Origin: Vicugna vicugna
Taxonomy: Eukaryota
Direction of reading: 5' to 3'
Assembly (NCBI GenBank): GCA_013265495.1
Contig: MU058017.1
Coordinates: forward strand, 248,001-306,712
DNA: 58,712 nt
In this document: in pieces, positions 24,616 through 38,251 of the stretch
Numbering within the stretch: position 1 is the first letter of the stretch
Layout: each line of letters begins with the position of its first letter
Made by a program: the position numbers and the translations under genes
Notes under the pieces: generated by a model
What the model saw: only the letters and a program-made list of their open reading frames with translations
What the model was told of the DNA's origin: nothing
Databases searched by the model: none

Positions 24616-25029
24616 TTTTAATAATAGAGTTAAAAAAGAACAAAGAGAATGCTAAAGTTTCCAGTTCATTTCATATCAGTTTCCTTCAGACAAAAATAAA
24701 GCAAGAAAGGGACCATGAAAAGAAAGTTAAATTTGCAACCTCTTCCCAAAATAAATACTTACAAAAATGCAGCAGGCAAAAAATATTTGCCAAAATCTGG
24801 AGCTTTTGTAAATTGCAGTAAGGTTGCAATTCCACTATACTAGCAACTAAACAGAAAATTCTACTTTTAAACCTGCTACTGATTAAAAAAAAAACTATTT
24901 AAAAAGAAAATAAAGGAGATTTTGTTAAAAACCCTAGCAGTGTGGGATGGCCTACCATGACTGATAAAGCTCTTCAGTTTCCAAAACCTACCCTGGTTGC
25001 AGCTTGGTCGGTCTTTGGCTATCAAATTC

Positions 25030-25340
25030 AATTTCCATTCAACAAGTATTTAACAAGTGCCTACTGCATGTTTGATGTTGAGGGATATAGTGGTGAACAG
25101 GACACTTACTGTTCCTGCCTTTCTGGAGACTATGAACCAGAGGCAAAGACAGATGTAAGAGATTAATTATACTGTAGTAAGTTCCACAACAGAGAATTTA
25201 CCCTGGTCTCGGCCATCAGACGAACACTCTCTGAAAGAATGGCACTTAGATGAAATCTGAAGGAATGTCAGAGATAGTCTGTTGAAGAGGTGGTACGAGG
25301 ACTTGGAGAAGAGAATCCGAGGAGCAGAAATGGGGTCACT
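25030..25340 (-). mobile_element. L2 3' fragment
   Basis: cattcaacaagtatttaacaagtgcctactg...atagtggtgaacaggac. Confidence 0.75.
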
Positions 25341-26058
25341 CAAAACCATGGGAGGATATCTTCATCTTCCATGAGATGAAGGTCGTTTCCATAATCTATT
25401 TCAGAGTGAAGGTTCAGAGGAGCTGTGATTATATATATGACTATATAGTCTATCTTTAAAATATTTCCCTTACTCAGCCTAGAATTCCCACACTCTTAAA
25501 AAACTAGTCTATAACTCCTTCACTCTGGAAGGAAGGTGAAAGAAACATACTGATAGTATTTCAGCTAATAGTGCTTTTAATCAATGTCAGGAAAAAAAAT
25601 AAGGTATTCATTTAAAAGGACATGAGAAGATAAAATGGAAATGAAAAAAGATGATTGGGGTAGGGATATAAATATAGAAAAGGAAAGAATGCCCTAAATG
25701 AAACAGAATCACAGTAATAAAAATTAAAAATTTAATATGATGCACTCTCAGTTACCTGCATCTGACCTAAAGAATTCACAACTATTCATTATTCCAGATT
25801 GTACTGCACTTAGGATCACAAGACTATACAGTGCAGATTTCCTTTCCTGTATTCTGCTTAAGTTTGTTAAGCTTGTAAACAAAAAGCAAATACACTAAAA
25901 CTCTTAATTCTTTCCCTTTTCCTCATATAAAGTTTTCTAATTCATTCTGACACACAAGCATCAGTTTTAGATTGATAAGGACACCAACTGACAGGATAAG
26001 AAAGCACCCCAAAGAGTACTAGGAAAGGAGGAAAATGAAGTTTTCCAGAAGCAATACA

Positions 26059-26360
26059 TGTGCTAAATATTCTCTAGCTGTCCAGTCAGATGCATATACC
26101 AATCTTTTCCACTCTGCTCTGTGCTTCAGAGGTTCACCTGCATCCAGGAGTTCACTTAGGCCTCCAGCTGGGTGTGGTCAATGGGAGGTACCCAGAGGAT
26201 ATCAGAGGATGGGAGGATAGGGAGAGTGACTTGCTTCCCTATCCCTGGTTGGTTTTCATTAATCTCGTCCACAACCTTAAAAACAGCCCCTTCATTAATT
26301 GCTCCTTGATGGACTAAGTTGAATGTGCTGTCTCTTTCTTTGCTCCCAGCCTCCCAAACT
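26059..26360 (+). mobile_element. LTR33-like ERVL solo LTR (internally deleted)
   Basis: tgtgctaaatattc...ctgctctgtgc...ggtcaatgggaggtacccagaggatatcagaggatgggagga. Confidence 0.75.
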
Positions 26361-28539
26361 GGAAAAAGTCTAGTTACACAGAAGTGCAATGCAAGCTTAG
26401 GGCAAGCAATGATAGACAAGGGGAAGGTATATTCACAAGATAGTATGTTAGAACAAGAAACCCATTTGGAAACATCTCTACAGTATGTCTATCAATTTTT
26501 CTCCTTTATCAAGAAGAGAGAAATAACACTATATTTGGAGGAGATGAGAAAAGAAACAGCTAGAACCATTTTCAGGATAGCCATCAGGAGGAACTATTTG
26601 GAAGGAGTTGGTGATAGGTACACTGGACTTATCTGTAGCCTCCAAAAATAGCAGCTTTCCAAATACCTATGCAAATCTCCAGTGCCCATTTCCCTCATCA
26701 TCCTGGCTAAGGTATGCCCATCCAGGATGACCTCAGTGGCCTCATCCTAACTCTTCTTCCCCAAAATGAATATTTTATAAGAATACCCAATAATCTGGCA
26801 AAAATTACATTAAGTTGTAGACCTCAGGCTGCTAATAATACAGGGGGAAAAGAAGACCTCCTTCTCTCTTTTACTACCACTGTGGTAAAATTCTACTGGC
26901 TTTCTCTTAGCTATATGCATTAGGGGAATACAAATTAGCTAAAATGTCAGGTACTAACCAATAAGAGAATCTCTGATATGTTTAAACCAATCACCAAATG
27001 TTTATCTCTGCTTCTTAGAGGAAAAATATGTTACACTATCCAAGGTAAAGCTGCTGATTTTAATTTCTGCCATCTTCCTGTGTGGCTCTTTAAGTAACAA
27101 TGACAGCTAAATTATTTTTTCTCGACCTAAGAGTAATGTGTTGGGCTTCCTTTTTAATGACAACAATCTTTTTGTTGCCAAATGCTTCACGTCTCAAATA
27201 ATAGCTTGAATCTTGGCTGCAATTATAAGATAAGATTTTTCTCATAACTTTCTCACAATAGATTTTCATCAGCTCCTTTATAAAGGAAATTAAAATTTGC
27301 CTTGAACTTCAAGTTCAAGTATCTGAAATTGGACACACCATTGGCACATTCAGACATGGTATTTTAAAAGGAATAAAATTTTCTTTATAGAGTTTTTTGT
27401 AATATTTTATCTCTAAAGTAAAAGAGGAGGAAAATCTAACTGAAGTTAATGAATGATCAATACGGGTTGGGTAGCAAAGTGACTCTAAAGTGTAGATAAT
27501 ACATTTCCGCAAACATAGGGTGCTAACTTCTAAATATGCCCAAAAGAAAATCTATTTACCTTTCAAAATTTCTCAGTAGTATCTGAGATCTAGACAAGAT
27601 GCTTATAAGCAGGTTTGATGTAAAACAGTATCAACTGCCAGACAATAAAGGACACAACAGCTATGGGTTCCAAAGAGTGAGTGACACCCTCATTGCTCAG
27701 CACAGACAACACAACAATAGATATGGCCTAATAAAAGCAAGATGTCCCCAGGAACTAGCAAGAAACTCCTTTCAGGCAAAGTTGTCAGCTCATTTTTTCC
27801 AGAACCCAAGATGGGGCTTTGCATAACCTGAAAGTAAACAGCCCTGACGCCAGAACTTGAGAAATACCGAACTCCACACTTGTGAAGTGCCCATCCACAA
27901 GTCTGAATTCCAGCTCCCTGGCTTGCCCTAAATGTCCTCTTCCTTCAATGCTGAGCAAGTACTGTCAGCTTTGATGGTAGGTGGGATTTGCCCAGGTAAC
28001 GATTTCCGATAGGAGAAAACATTTGGAATGAGATAATGGTTAATTCAAAGGCAACATCTGTGGGAAATATGATTGCAAACTAGGAAAGCAAGTTGTCTAT
28101 CAGGAGACGAGTGATTCATAAATGCTTCTGGCAGGGGCTCACACAGATGGAGTCGTGCACACATGCTATTTTTTCCCACTACGATTTTTGCCTAACAGTA
28201 AGTGACTGCAGGCCTAACAAGTATGCATTGTGATCGAAAGCAAATGTAATGAACTTTCTGATCAAAGCACCATTGAATCTCTTCCCTTGTGATATTCCCC
28301 ACTCTGGCTTCTTCCCTTCAGTAGGCACCTTTGGGAGGTTCTTAACTGAAATGTTTGTGCAGATGCAAATACTGTGACTTCCCTCCTGGCGGGGATCTCA
28401 ACCTTGACAGGATACAAGGGAAAGAAAAATCTCATGTCTACTTCCCAGCAGTTCTAGAAAAAATGCCATCACTACTGTTTGGGCCAAATGAGGCATGAGA
28501 GTTGGTCTCTAGAGCAAAGACACCATGCACACAGAATTT

Positions 28540-28710
28540 GAGAGTGTCAGAATTGGGATCTTAAGACTCACAGTCCAGAATTCTCACTGTACAGAGACTG
28601 AGATTCAAGGAAGTCAAAATGGTTTGCCAACTGTCTCATAACTAATCATTGGCAGAACCGGAATTATTAATCCAATTCCCTTGATTCCTAATGGGCTTTT
28701 CTCCCATTTT
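28540..28710 (-). mobile_element. MIR3/MIR fragment
   Basis: tgtcagaattgggatcttaagac...gagactgagattcaaggaag...tttgccaa. Confidence 0.6.
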
Positions 28711-28724
28711 AACACAGTTTTTTA

Positions 28725-30680
28725 ATTCATTTCTACATCAGGTATTTATTCAATGTCTCTTATGTTGCAAGCAATATCTGAGTGCTGGAAAAAGGAATGG
28801 GGCACAAGAAAGACAAAAAGTTTACCTCAATTAGCTTACATTCTAGGGGGAGAGAATAACAGAATTTAGATAAAGAAATAAATATATAGTATGCCAGGTA
28901 GTAGTAAATGCTTCAAAGAAAATAAAGGCCCAAGGATAGAGAGAGGTAAAGGGTAGCTATTCAAGAGACAGTGATCAAGGCAACTATCTGCAGTGACATT
29001 TAATCAGAGTCTGAATGAGGTGAGGGTGCAAACCACACAAATAGCTGAGGGAAAAAACTTTCTGGGTGGAGAGAACAATGAGTACAAAGTCCAGGAAGCC
29101 AGAATGAGCTTAGTGTGCTTTGGCGGAGGGTGGGTGGTGGGGAGCGTGCACCAACTAAGTGAAGGGGAACAGCGAAGGTGCAATCAGAGGGGCCACTAGA
29201 GGGCTGATCGTAAGATTTTTTAACAGGTTATTCTGGCTGTTATGTGAGAACAAACTAAAGAAAGGGGAGAGAGAAAGAGAAGATCAGCAAGCCCAGCAAT
29301 AAAGAGGCATCTTCCTAAGGTAGAATTTAAGTGCCTTGAGAGCATGGATTTTTATTTGGCTTGTTCATTGCTGCAAAATCACTACCAAGAACGGTGCCTG
29401 GCACGTGTTGGGGTCTTAGACGTATTTTCTGATTGAGCGGGTATCTGAGAGGTGAGACCAAGAGGAAAGTTGACAGTAGCTTGGACTAGAATAATAGCAA
29501 TAAAAACAGTGAGAAATGGATGGGTATGGGTGATGTTTTGAAAGTAGAAGTGACAAAAAAAGGTTTCAAATTGGATATGTATACTTAGTAAGATAGAATT
29601 CAAGAATGACTCCTAGGTTTTTGTCTGAAGTCCTCTGGGTAAATAGTGGTAACCTCCCAGGGAAAAACAGATTCAGTGGGGAAAATAAAAAATTCTGTCT
29701 TGATCATATTACATTTGAGCTGTTTACTGGCCTTTCAAAAGGAAATGTTGGGTAAGCAGTTGAATAGAAGTGTCTGGAGCTCAGGGAAGAGATTAGGGTT
29801 GGAGATATAAATGGATAGTGTTTAAAACTATTAAATACCATAAAGTCACCCAAAGGATAAGTGTAGATGGCAAAATTGTTGGGGTCTAGGGACCCCTAGG
29901 GGACCCCACTGTTTCCAGGTGAATAGTAGAAGAATCAGCAAAGGTTTCTTGCATAACACAAAGCATTGCAGGCAAAGATGCCTGGAAGAGAAAAACCAGA
30001 AACTGAAGTATCTGAAGAGCCAAGCAATATAAAAGTGTGTTTCAAAAGGAAAGAGAGTTGAACTGTTTCAGTCTATCCTGAAAGGTCAGGGTGAAGACTG
30101 AGAATTACCTATGTGACCTAACCACACTGAGGTCACTGGTGACACTAAGAAATTCAGTTTCACTGGCATGATAGGGACAAAACCCTCACTGGAGTGAATG
30201 CCAAACAAAGGAGAGAAAAGGAAAACTAGACAAATTTTCTAGGAAATTTGCTACAAAAGAAGTACAGAAATGGGGAGGGAATTAGAGTTAGAAGGTGAGA
30301 GTAAAAGGAGGGTTTTGGTTTTTTTTGCCAGGTCAGAGTCTTGACAACAAGCTTGTATACTGATAGGAAGATCCAACAGAAATGGAAGAATTCATGTAAC
30401 AGAGAAATGGAATATTTCAAGAGAAAACTCTGTGTTAGACAAAAAGAAAATAGGGTCCAAAGCACAAGTGGAGGACTATGTTTAGAATAGAGCAGGCACA
30501 GTTGATCTGGAAGGGAGGAAAGGCAGAGTACACTAGGGCAGATATGACTTGGTGGTAAAAAAGAGAGGAAGTCCTGCTCTGATTGCTTCTTTCTCTCCCA
30601 GTGAAATAAGAAGGTCATCAGCTGAGAACACGAAGAAGGAAGCAATGTCTGAGATTTAAAGAAAAAGGTGAGGAAATAGC
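28725..30680 (-). mobile_element. Long (~2 kb) L2 LINE remnant with an inverted L2 tail at ~29315-29435
   Basis: Colinear antisense L2 blocks: agcttacattctaggggg, caagaatgactcctaggtttttg, ggagctcagggaagag, gaggtcactggtgac. Confidence 0.85.
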
Positions 30681-31587
30681 TGTAGGAGACTGATTCCCAG
30701 CAAGACACTCTATGCAGCACAAGCATCAGGTGGAAGAGCAACAGAGGGTATCAAATACAGTCACCAAGTTGCCAAAATATGAGGGACACCTGAAGAGTCA
30801 GGTGTGGGCAGTGAAGGAGGAAGGGGTGGCTCCAAATAAGCAAGAGGTGAAGAAAGAGGTGGCAGGAGTTGTTTTAGACAATGTTCCCCTACCTCAAAAA
30901 TTTGGAGAACATTAAGATGGAATAGATTCATTCTGCTCTTCATGGAAATGCAAATATTAAAAAGTAATAAATTTACTTTTGTGATTCAGGAGGAAAATAT
31001 TTGTCACCTAAAAGCATTAGTTCTTTCATTTGAACAATTCAATGAAATAATGTAGAACCACATTTTGAACAGCAATCATCAACTCATTAATATTATGCTA
31101 TTTAATTATACTGTAATGCATCCTGTACAGGACAGAAGATGAATAACTTAAGTTGAAGCAATTACCTAATAATAATAATAGTAATAATGACAGAATTATA
31201 TGTTCTCTCAGTGTTTCCGTGGGTAGGAATCAGAAAGGCTTACTCATTTAATCTGAGGAGTTCTATTATTTATTCTCTATTGTAGTTTTATTTTTGGCTG
31301 TCTGCTTCTTTTTCTATGGAAGGTTTTGATTAATTCCTCTTACTGTTTTATAAATCTCTCTCTTAAGTACAGTTTTAGATAGCAAAGCAATTCAAATCTT
31401 TCAGGAGTTTGAAGGTTTCCTTTTTCCTTCAACACTTTTAAAGCACTTAAGCTCCAATATGAGGTCCAAAAAAAGCAACATGAATAGCTTAGCAACTTTG
31501 GACTTAAATCTTTGAGTTAAGGAACAACAACATTGTCATTTTCAAACTGGCTTCTCACACTGATTTGTGACAGAGGGGATTCAAAAA

Positions 31588-31588
<1 letters not shown>

Positions 31589-31638
<50 letters not shown>
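31589..31638. repeat. (CA)25 microsatellite
   Basis: Direct read. Confidence 0.97.
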
Positions 31639-31640
<2 letters not shown>

Positions 31641-31649
31641 GAGAAACAC

Positions 31650-31760
31650 AGTCATAGTTCTTTTGGACTGCTATACCAAAAATGCCATAAGCTGGGTGGC
31701 TTAAACAACAAATGTTTATTTCTCACAGTTCTGAAGGTTGGGAAGTCTCAGATCAGGATG
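31650..31760 (-). mobile_element. MLT1A/B-like MaLR LTR fragment
   Basis: ctgggtggcttaaacaacaaatgtttatttctcacagttctgaaggttgggaagtc. Confidence 0.8.
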
Positions 31761-32434
31761 CACACACACACACCTTACAGCTTTTTTCCAAGCTCAAATG
31801 GATTTAGGACAAGTTTTTGCCTATCCTTTAGATTTCATTGTAAGGAAGTAGCCTCAAAATTACTTTTGTTCTTATTCTGAATTAGAAATGAAATCTATAT
31901 CTAAAGTATCTTGGATTATATTAATTTGGGTCTTAATAGAATGTTTTCAGAGCAGTTTAATATATTCTACTAAATTAAAACTCTTTTCTGACTTCTGAAA
32001 GAAAACAACTCTGTCATTTCCTCTGTTAAATTTCTTTTCCCTTTTTTGCTAATCCACACTCACATTGGGTTTCTGGAAGAACATCACTACACACACAAGA
32101 TTACACATTCATGTACCCATCTGGACTTCTTTGGATGAAGGTAGAAGCCCTCTTGTCCCACACAATTAAGACTACATCTAGGTGACTATTCTTTTGAATG
32201 AGCCGAACTCAGCAGGAAAGACAGACAAAAGGATTACTGTTCCACAGTTTTTACTCCTGCTGTGGCCAGTGCCCTCTATCTAAGCTACTGTAACCAAGTC
32301 AGTCACACAACATGGGACTAATCAGGAATCTAAGCAAACCAAGACTAGGTGACATAAAGGCTCAGGGGTCCAACTGAGATGCAAAAATGGGCCTGAATTG
32401 GGACAATTAGCCAATCCAAAGTCAAAAACATAAA

Positions 32435-32620
32435 GTCAAAAGCTCAGTCTTTGGAGTTAGGCTTATGTTCAAGACCTAGTTACACAAGTTGACGGATGTT
32501 TAATCTTTAAAATGTTATTCAATTTCTCTGACCTCAACTATAAAATGGCAATAAAAATGGCCATATCTCAGAGTTGTGAGGATCAAAAGAGATGATATAC
32601 ATGATTCAATTAGTATATAA
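32435..32620 (+). mobile_element. MIR SINE
   Basis: tctttggagttagg...tctctgacctc...taaaatgg...gttgtgaggatcaaaagagatgatata. Confidence 0.7.
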
Positions 32621-32629
32621 TGACATGCA

Positions 32630-32872
32630 TTATGCCTTTGATGACCTACTTTGTAAACAAGGAAGTGGATCTCAATTAATCCTCAAAACAGTCCTATGAG
32701 GTAAGCTCTATTATTTTTGGTCTTTTTTTTTTTTACAGACAAACTGAAGCAGAGATTAACTTTGAATTTGAGTAACTTGCTCAAAGACACACAGCAAATC
32801 AAAGCCAGAGACAAAAACCTAAACCTAAGCATTCTAACTGTAGTCTATTCTCCTACCCACTACACAAAACTA
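32630..32872 (-). mobile_element. MIR SINE
   Basis: aatcctcaaaacagtcctatgaggtaag...aaactgaagcagaga...aacttgctcaaagacacacagc. Confidence 0.75.
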
Positions 32873-34649
32873 CCTCATAAAGTTCTTTGTTTCACAAGGT
32901 CTGTTAAAATGTGAGTTAAATCTGTGACTGGAATTAGTCAATGGGTGGAAAAGAAGAGGATAAAGCAACAATGATGCCAGGCAGAAGTCAACATTAGGAC
33001 CCAGACAAGCAGTATGTGCTGTTATGGCTACTAAAAACAAAACAGCCAGTCAAACTGGACATATTTACCCTGTTCAGATTTCTCTTTATGTTGTTCCTCT
33101 CCACTCCTTTCTTCTCCCTTCCCCATCACTCCTCTCCCCTCCTGATCTCTTCTCTCCTCAACTGTCTCTAGATGGGACTCACCAAAACCACTAGCCTATT
33201 AATACATACTTCTTTCTGTTCCCTGTAAGGCCAATAAGCTATGGGCAGTCAGCACCAAAACTAGGGACAGCTCCTTTCCCTGGGGCTTCCCAGCCTGGTT
33301 CCCAGTTGTGGTTTTACTGCAGGGCTGTAGTTGGTAACTTTGGAGGATCTCTGATCTCCCATTCTTATTGTGGTTTTTAATATCAGAATCTAGCTGAACT
33401 GTAAGTTTATCTGCTGCAATATATTCAGAGCTCTCATTGTCCAATGGTAGATAAATGGAGTCAGTAGAGATTCACAGGAAACAACTAGCATTTATAAATC
33501 AAGGACTCTTCACTGACATTTGTTAAGCTAACAAATTTAAGATGTTTGGATATACTTGGAATCATAGAAGGGGTGGGAAAGAAATAACAACCTCTACATC
33601 AGCATTTCAAAGTCCATGCTGGTCTGAACTGAGTGTGCTGGGCTAGGCTCCTGGAATACCTCACTGCTTCTAAGTCCTCATAAAGTTCTTTCTGTTGATG
33701 CTTCCATAAACTTCCAAGACGACAAGCCGACTGTTTCATCACTGTTTGGACAGGACTTAGAAGCTTGAGCTGGCAATTCTAGAGTTATTTGAGTGTATGT
33801 CAGGACATACTCCCACGTTCTCTGGGATATTTTAGACTGTCTCTGAAATTACCATCTCAAGTTCCAAAGTCCTCTCTGGGCAACCAGAGGACTGAGTTGG
33901 AATGTGGTTCAGAAACAAGAAATGTTACATTTTGCAGAGTCCATGTGCCCTGGGGAAGTTTAGGAAGCCAGTTAAGATTTTACAGGTACCAGAAGGTACT
34001 CCAAAAGGTGCTTTCATTTGGGAACACTGGTTTCTCCAGATATAACACAGAGTAATGAGTTGTTGCAGAGTAGTCACTAGATTCTCCAACTTATCTGTCC
34101 TACTCACAGAGAAATTCAGGATCTATCTTAATGGAATTCCAAGCACATATTTCTTATTACCCAACTAATAAAACACTTGAAGATTCTTTTCAGATTCTCA
34201 TGTTTGGGTCTTGCATGACTTTGTATATATTTTTAGGGGGAAGTAAACAAGAGCATAGCTGGCATAGACTTCCTAGGCTAAAAACAGCTTTCTCAGATTC
34301 AATGTGTTCATCTGAGACTATGTCAGACAGTGCTAAGTGGGCAGACTGACACTTGACCTTAAGTGTAATAGAGGATCCAGTTAAGTGAACATGTTTAGAG
34401 GTATTCAGAAAATAAGAATCTGAGTCCATCAGCTCAAGAGTGATAAGTGAGTTTATACTTAATAGTTTCAAGGAATCAGTGATATGAGTCCGGCTAAAAG
34501 AATGGGCCTTATTTGGCCATCTCTGGGTTGAGGGAGGAGATACAGTTTACCAATTTCAGGAACTCCAGAGAATCTCTGGGTCTGGATTTAGAGAGAGTTA
34601 CTGCTACTGGTGGATCGAGGTATTTTGCTGGGACAGTGCATGTTCAACT

Positions 34650-34760
34650 AAGTTCCTTGACAGGAGGACTTTTTCTCAACTGTTCACTATTGAATCACTG
34701 GCTCCTAGAACATGTCTAGAACATAGTAGATTCCCAGAAATGTTTGTTGACTAATTGATG
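34650..34760 (+). mobile_element. L2 3' tail
   Basis: ctcctagaacatgtctagaacatagtagattcccagaaatgtttgttgactaattga. Confidence 0.65.
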
Positions 34761-34869
34761 TGGCAATCCAGAAAACAATTCAAAGGCCCCATATGCTTGA
34801 CAGATATGGTCAAAGGAGGCTTAAGACTTCAAGGAATCCCAGATAAATAAGTCCTGTGTCTTGGGGTAT

Positions 34870-35033
34870 TTTCTGTGCATCAGGATCATTCTGGTAGCTT
34901 GTCAAAATGCATATTCTAGAGCCTCTACCTAAAAGTTCTGATCCAATATATCTCTTAGAGTGGGACATTAGAACTTTTTAATCAAGCACTCTATGATGTG
35001 AATCTGAACTAGTTTTTAGTTTGAGAACCACTG
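34870..35033. mobile_element. MER5-family hAT MITE, decayed
   Basis: tgcatcaggatca...agcttgtcaaaatgcatattc...tttgagaaccactg. Confidence 0.7.
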
Positions 35034-36117
35034 CACTAAAACCTCCAGAGATGTAACTGAGTATGGTCTCTGACCCTAGAGTGAGGAGCGGGATTAGATT
35101 GGTCTCCATGGGATAGGAGTACAGGGCACTGGGTTAGCTGTCTTTAAGCCATCTCTAGAATAATATCTTCTCCTGAGAATACCTAGAAGCTTGTCTGAAC
35201 TCAAAGACCTTAGAGAAACTATGTTCAAAAAAGTGCTTCAAGCACAGGTATGAATTTTTATTAGCATGTCAGTCTCAAGGCAGTCATCTGAACAGTATGA
35301 TAGTGCCTTTTCCATCCTAAGTCTATGGAATAAGTTTCTTTAGGATTTCCAAGCATTCATAATTATCCTAGTTACCTATCTTTACATTGTTTTGATGATG
35401 AGAGCTTGTTTGGGGCTCTGATGTACCAAATCAAATTGAGATGAATACATACCACAAATATTCAAAAAGTGCCATTATGACTCCAGGATATATCCTATTC
35501 CACCACTAAACTCATTCATCTATGCCTGATGGGAGAACAGAAGTGAAACATGTTCTAGAAAATGTCAGGAGCAGCCTGTCAGCTACAGAGATCTCAGTAG
35601 ATGGAGAAGGATCTTTCCAGGCATTTTTACTGAACTAAGTTATCTGTGGCTGGAGAAGATAAGATATGTTCACATGTGAGTTCCTTTGGTGAGAAGTCAT
35701 GAACTTGTTACAAGGTAGGGACTATGCAGCACAGTGATTTTGATCCTAGATTTTTACTCAAGAAACTCATAGGTAATTTCAGAAAGAATGTCTAGGAAAA
35801 GAAATTTCTCCTCCAAGAATTGTATTCATCCTTTTAACATTTTCCATGTCTCTAATGGTAACCTCTACACGCATATTTTGGAATTAGTATGTAGAGGTCA
35901 AGTGATACTCTGCCAGAGTTGGCCTCAATTTGAAGTTCCTATAAACCCCGGAAAGAGTGTACATGGATTTAGAGCTCAAGAACAAAGCCAGAGCTTCCAT
36001 TTTATTCCTTATTTAACCCACAAGACAAAGATAAGGTTCTAAAGATAAAGATACGCTTCTAAAATCTGACAGGGCCAAAAATTTTACTAAAAAACCACAA
36101 GTGGATTTGAAAGGTCT

Positions 36118-36554
36118 CTTTGTCAACTATTACTACAATAAAGCTGCCTAACAAACATCTACAAAACATCAGTGGCATAGAGTAATACGCACTTATTTAG
36201 CTCATGCAATGCAGGTTGACTGGACGTTAGCTAATCCAGAAGGAACTTGGCTGGATGGTTCTGTTTCACATGTCTCTCAACCCTCTCCTGAGACTAGCAG
36301 TAGTCTGGGAATGTTCTTCTCGTGAATATAGCAGAAGCACAAGAGAGCAAGTGGACACACATGAAGTTTCTTCCAAGGTCTAAGCTCAGAATTGGCACAG
36401 TGCATTTGTACCTGATGCTATCAGCCAAAACAAGTCTCATGTCCAATCCCAAAGTCGAGGGATGGGAAGATAAACTGTAGGCCTTTAATGGGAGAAACGG
36501 AACCGTCACATGGCAAATTAAGAGGACTCAAGGAAGGTAATGTGATCTGCCACA
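36118..36554 (-). mobile_element. MLT1H-like MaLR solo LTR
   Basis: gcagaagcacaagagagcaagtggacacac...ctcagaattggcacagtg...gtcacatggcaaa...atctgccaca. Confidence 0.8.
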
Positions 36555-37984
36555 AAAGTGATTAACAAGCATACTGGATGAAAAGCAGACCATGACGGGA
36601 TTTCTACAGAGATGTGAAGATGACCAACAGACCTGTCGTCCTAGGTCAGGCTGCTTCTGCAAAATTCATTCCCCTCACATGATACCTGGCCTTTGTTATT
36701 ATTGACTCCAGAGCAAGAATAATGCATATTGAATCACATCTCCTCCAGTCAATGCATATCTTCTGAAATAGCTCTACAGGAATGAAAACAGTGTTCATTC
36801 TCCCCTTTAAACATTATTCTTTAAATTCACTTAGCATACCACTAATATTCACAAGTAAGTAAAAATACTGCAAATTAGTTATCTGGACAGAGTGGGGCTG
36901 ACTAGTTACTGTATGATAATTACATGGGGAAGGAATAAACAACCTCCGTCTTTGCCAGGCTTTAACGACCATCTGGGTGTGGATAGAATGAACTTCAAAA
37001 TTTCTCTTCAGAGACTTCCAAATACATGAAATCCTCAGAAGGTTTGGCAGTAATTGTATAAATGATTGTGTTATGACTATCAAATGAGAAAGTGAGGTCT
37101 ATCAGTTGGCTATCCAGGAGTTATTATAAAATTAGAAGCAGTTCAATAGGGTCTTGGCAACAAGCCATATCCTTACATTTTCAAGTGTATGAATCCATTC
37201 AAATTGCCTTTCTGTAGATGCTGTAGAATCACAAGAGGAATTAAGACACCACTGGACATTTCTTTGATTTTTGGATCATACCTTCAAGACTGTTCTGTCT
37301 TCATAAACTTTCTTACTTGTTTTTCTCTTTTATGTGTCTTGCCAGAGTATTTTATCTCAGAATATTTAACCAAGTGCAACTCAGCAGCTGTTCTCAGTTA
37401 GTATCTTCAGTTTAAGTCAGTACACACTGCAAACTAAAACCTGCTTTGGGTGTTTGTTTTTAAAGTCAGTAAGTGCATGTGTAGCTTTGAGACTTGCATT
37501 CCCCACATCAGCATTCTCCAAATCAGGATGTTCCAAGGAGATCAAATAGGTCACTGCACTTGGAAGAGTGGGCATATTTTTCAAAGATAAAAACATCACT
37601 AAGGAAAAATACAATGCACATTATGCTGGTTACCTGGATTACCACTGACTGTTACTAGAAAAAGGGATCTGCCTGTATAACCATAGTCTCACAAAGGTGT
37701 CTAGCATGATTAAGTAAAATTTCATCCACTAGCTAATTCTCTGTATTTTTCTAAACAAGGCATGCCATCTAGCTTCCAAGGAAAGAAGTAGTATTTCAAA
37801 ATATTCTTTCTCTAACATGGCACTTACAAATGTAAATTGACCCTATATAAGGAAATCATATGAGGGTTCTTTAGACAGTTCTTTTGTTAAACTAAGGAGT
37901 TAGGTCACCAGAAACTTCCACAGATAGGACAGTTGTGAATTTGCAACCAGCAGTCACAGTTATAACACAACTCACTCCCTAGAC

Positions 37985-38230
37985 CAGTGGCTTTCAAACT
38001 TTTTTGACCATGACACATAGTAAAACACAAATTTAACATCACAATTCAATATACACGTACTCACATCCTCAACACACAACAGATTCAGGAAATGGGTACT
38101 TACTCTCATTACATACAGTGCACTCTGATGATTTGTTTCTCTGTTTTGTTTTCAAATGCTGATAGCAATGCACTGACAATGATTTTCTAGCTTACTCATA
38201 GGTTGTGATCCCTATCTGAATTTTGGAGAA
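37985..38230. mobile_element. hAT-Charlie-type MITE (MER112-like)
   Basis: Terminal cagtggctttcaaacttttttgaccatgac; subfamily name uncertain. Confidence 0.6.
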
Positions 38231-38251
38231 TTTGAGCTTAGTGGATATCAA

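Noticed and set aside
30226..30943. 171-aa minus ORF and 67-aa plus ORF (MQHKHQVEEQ...)
   Set aside because: They lie in or next to the purine-skewed L2 remnant, with no splice context or recognisable homology.
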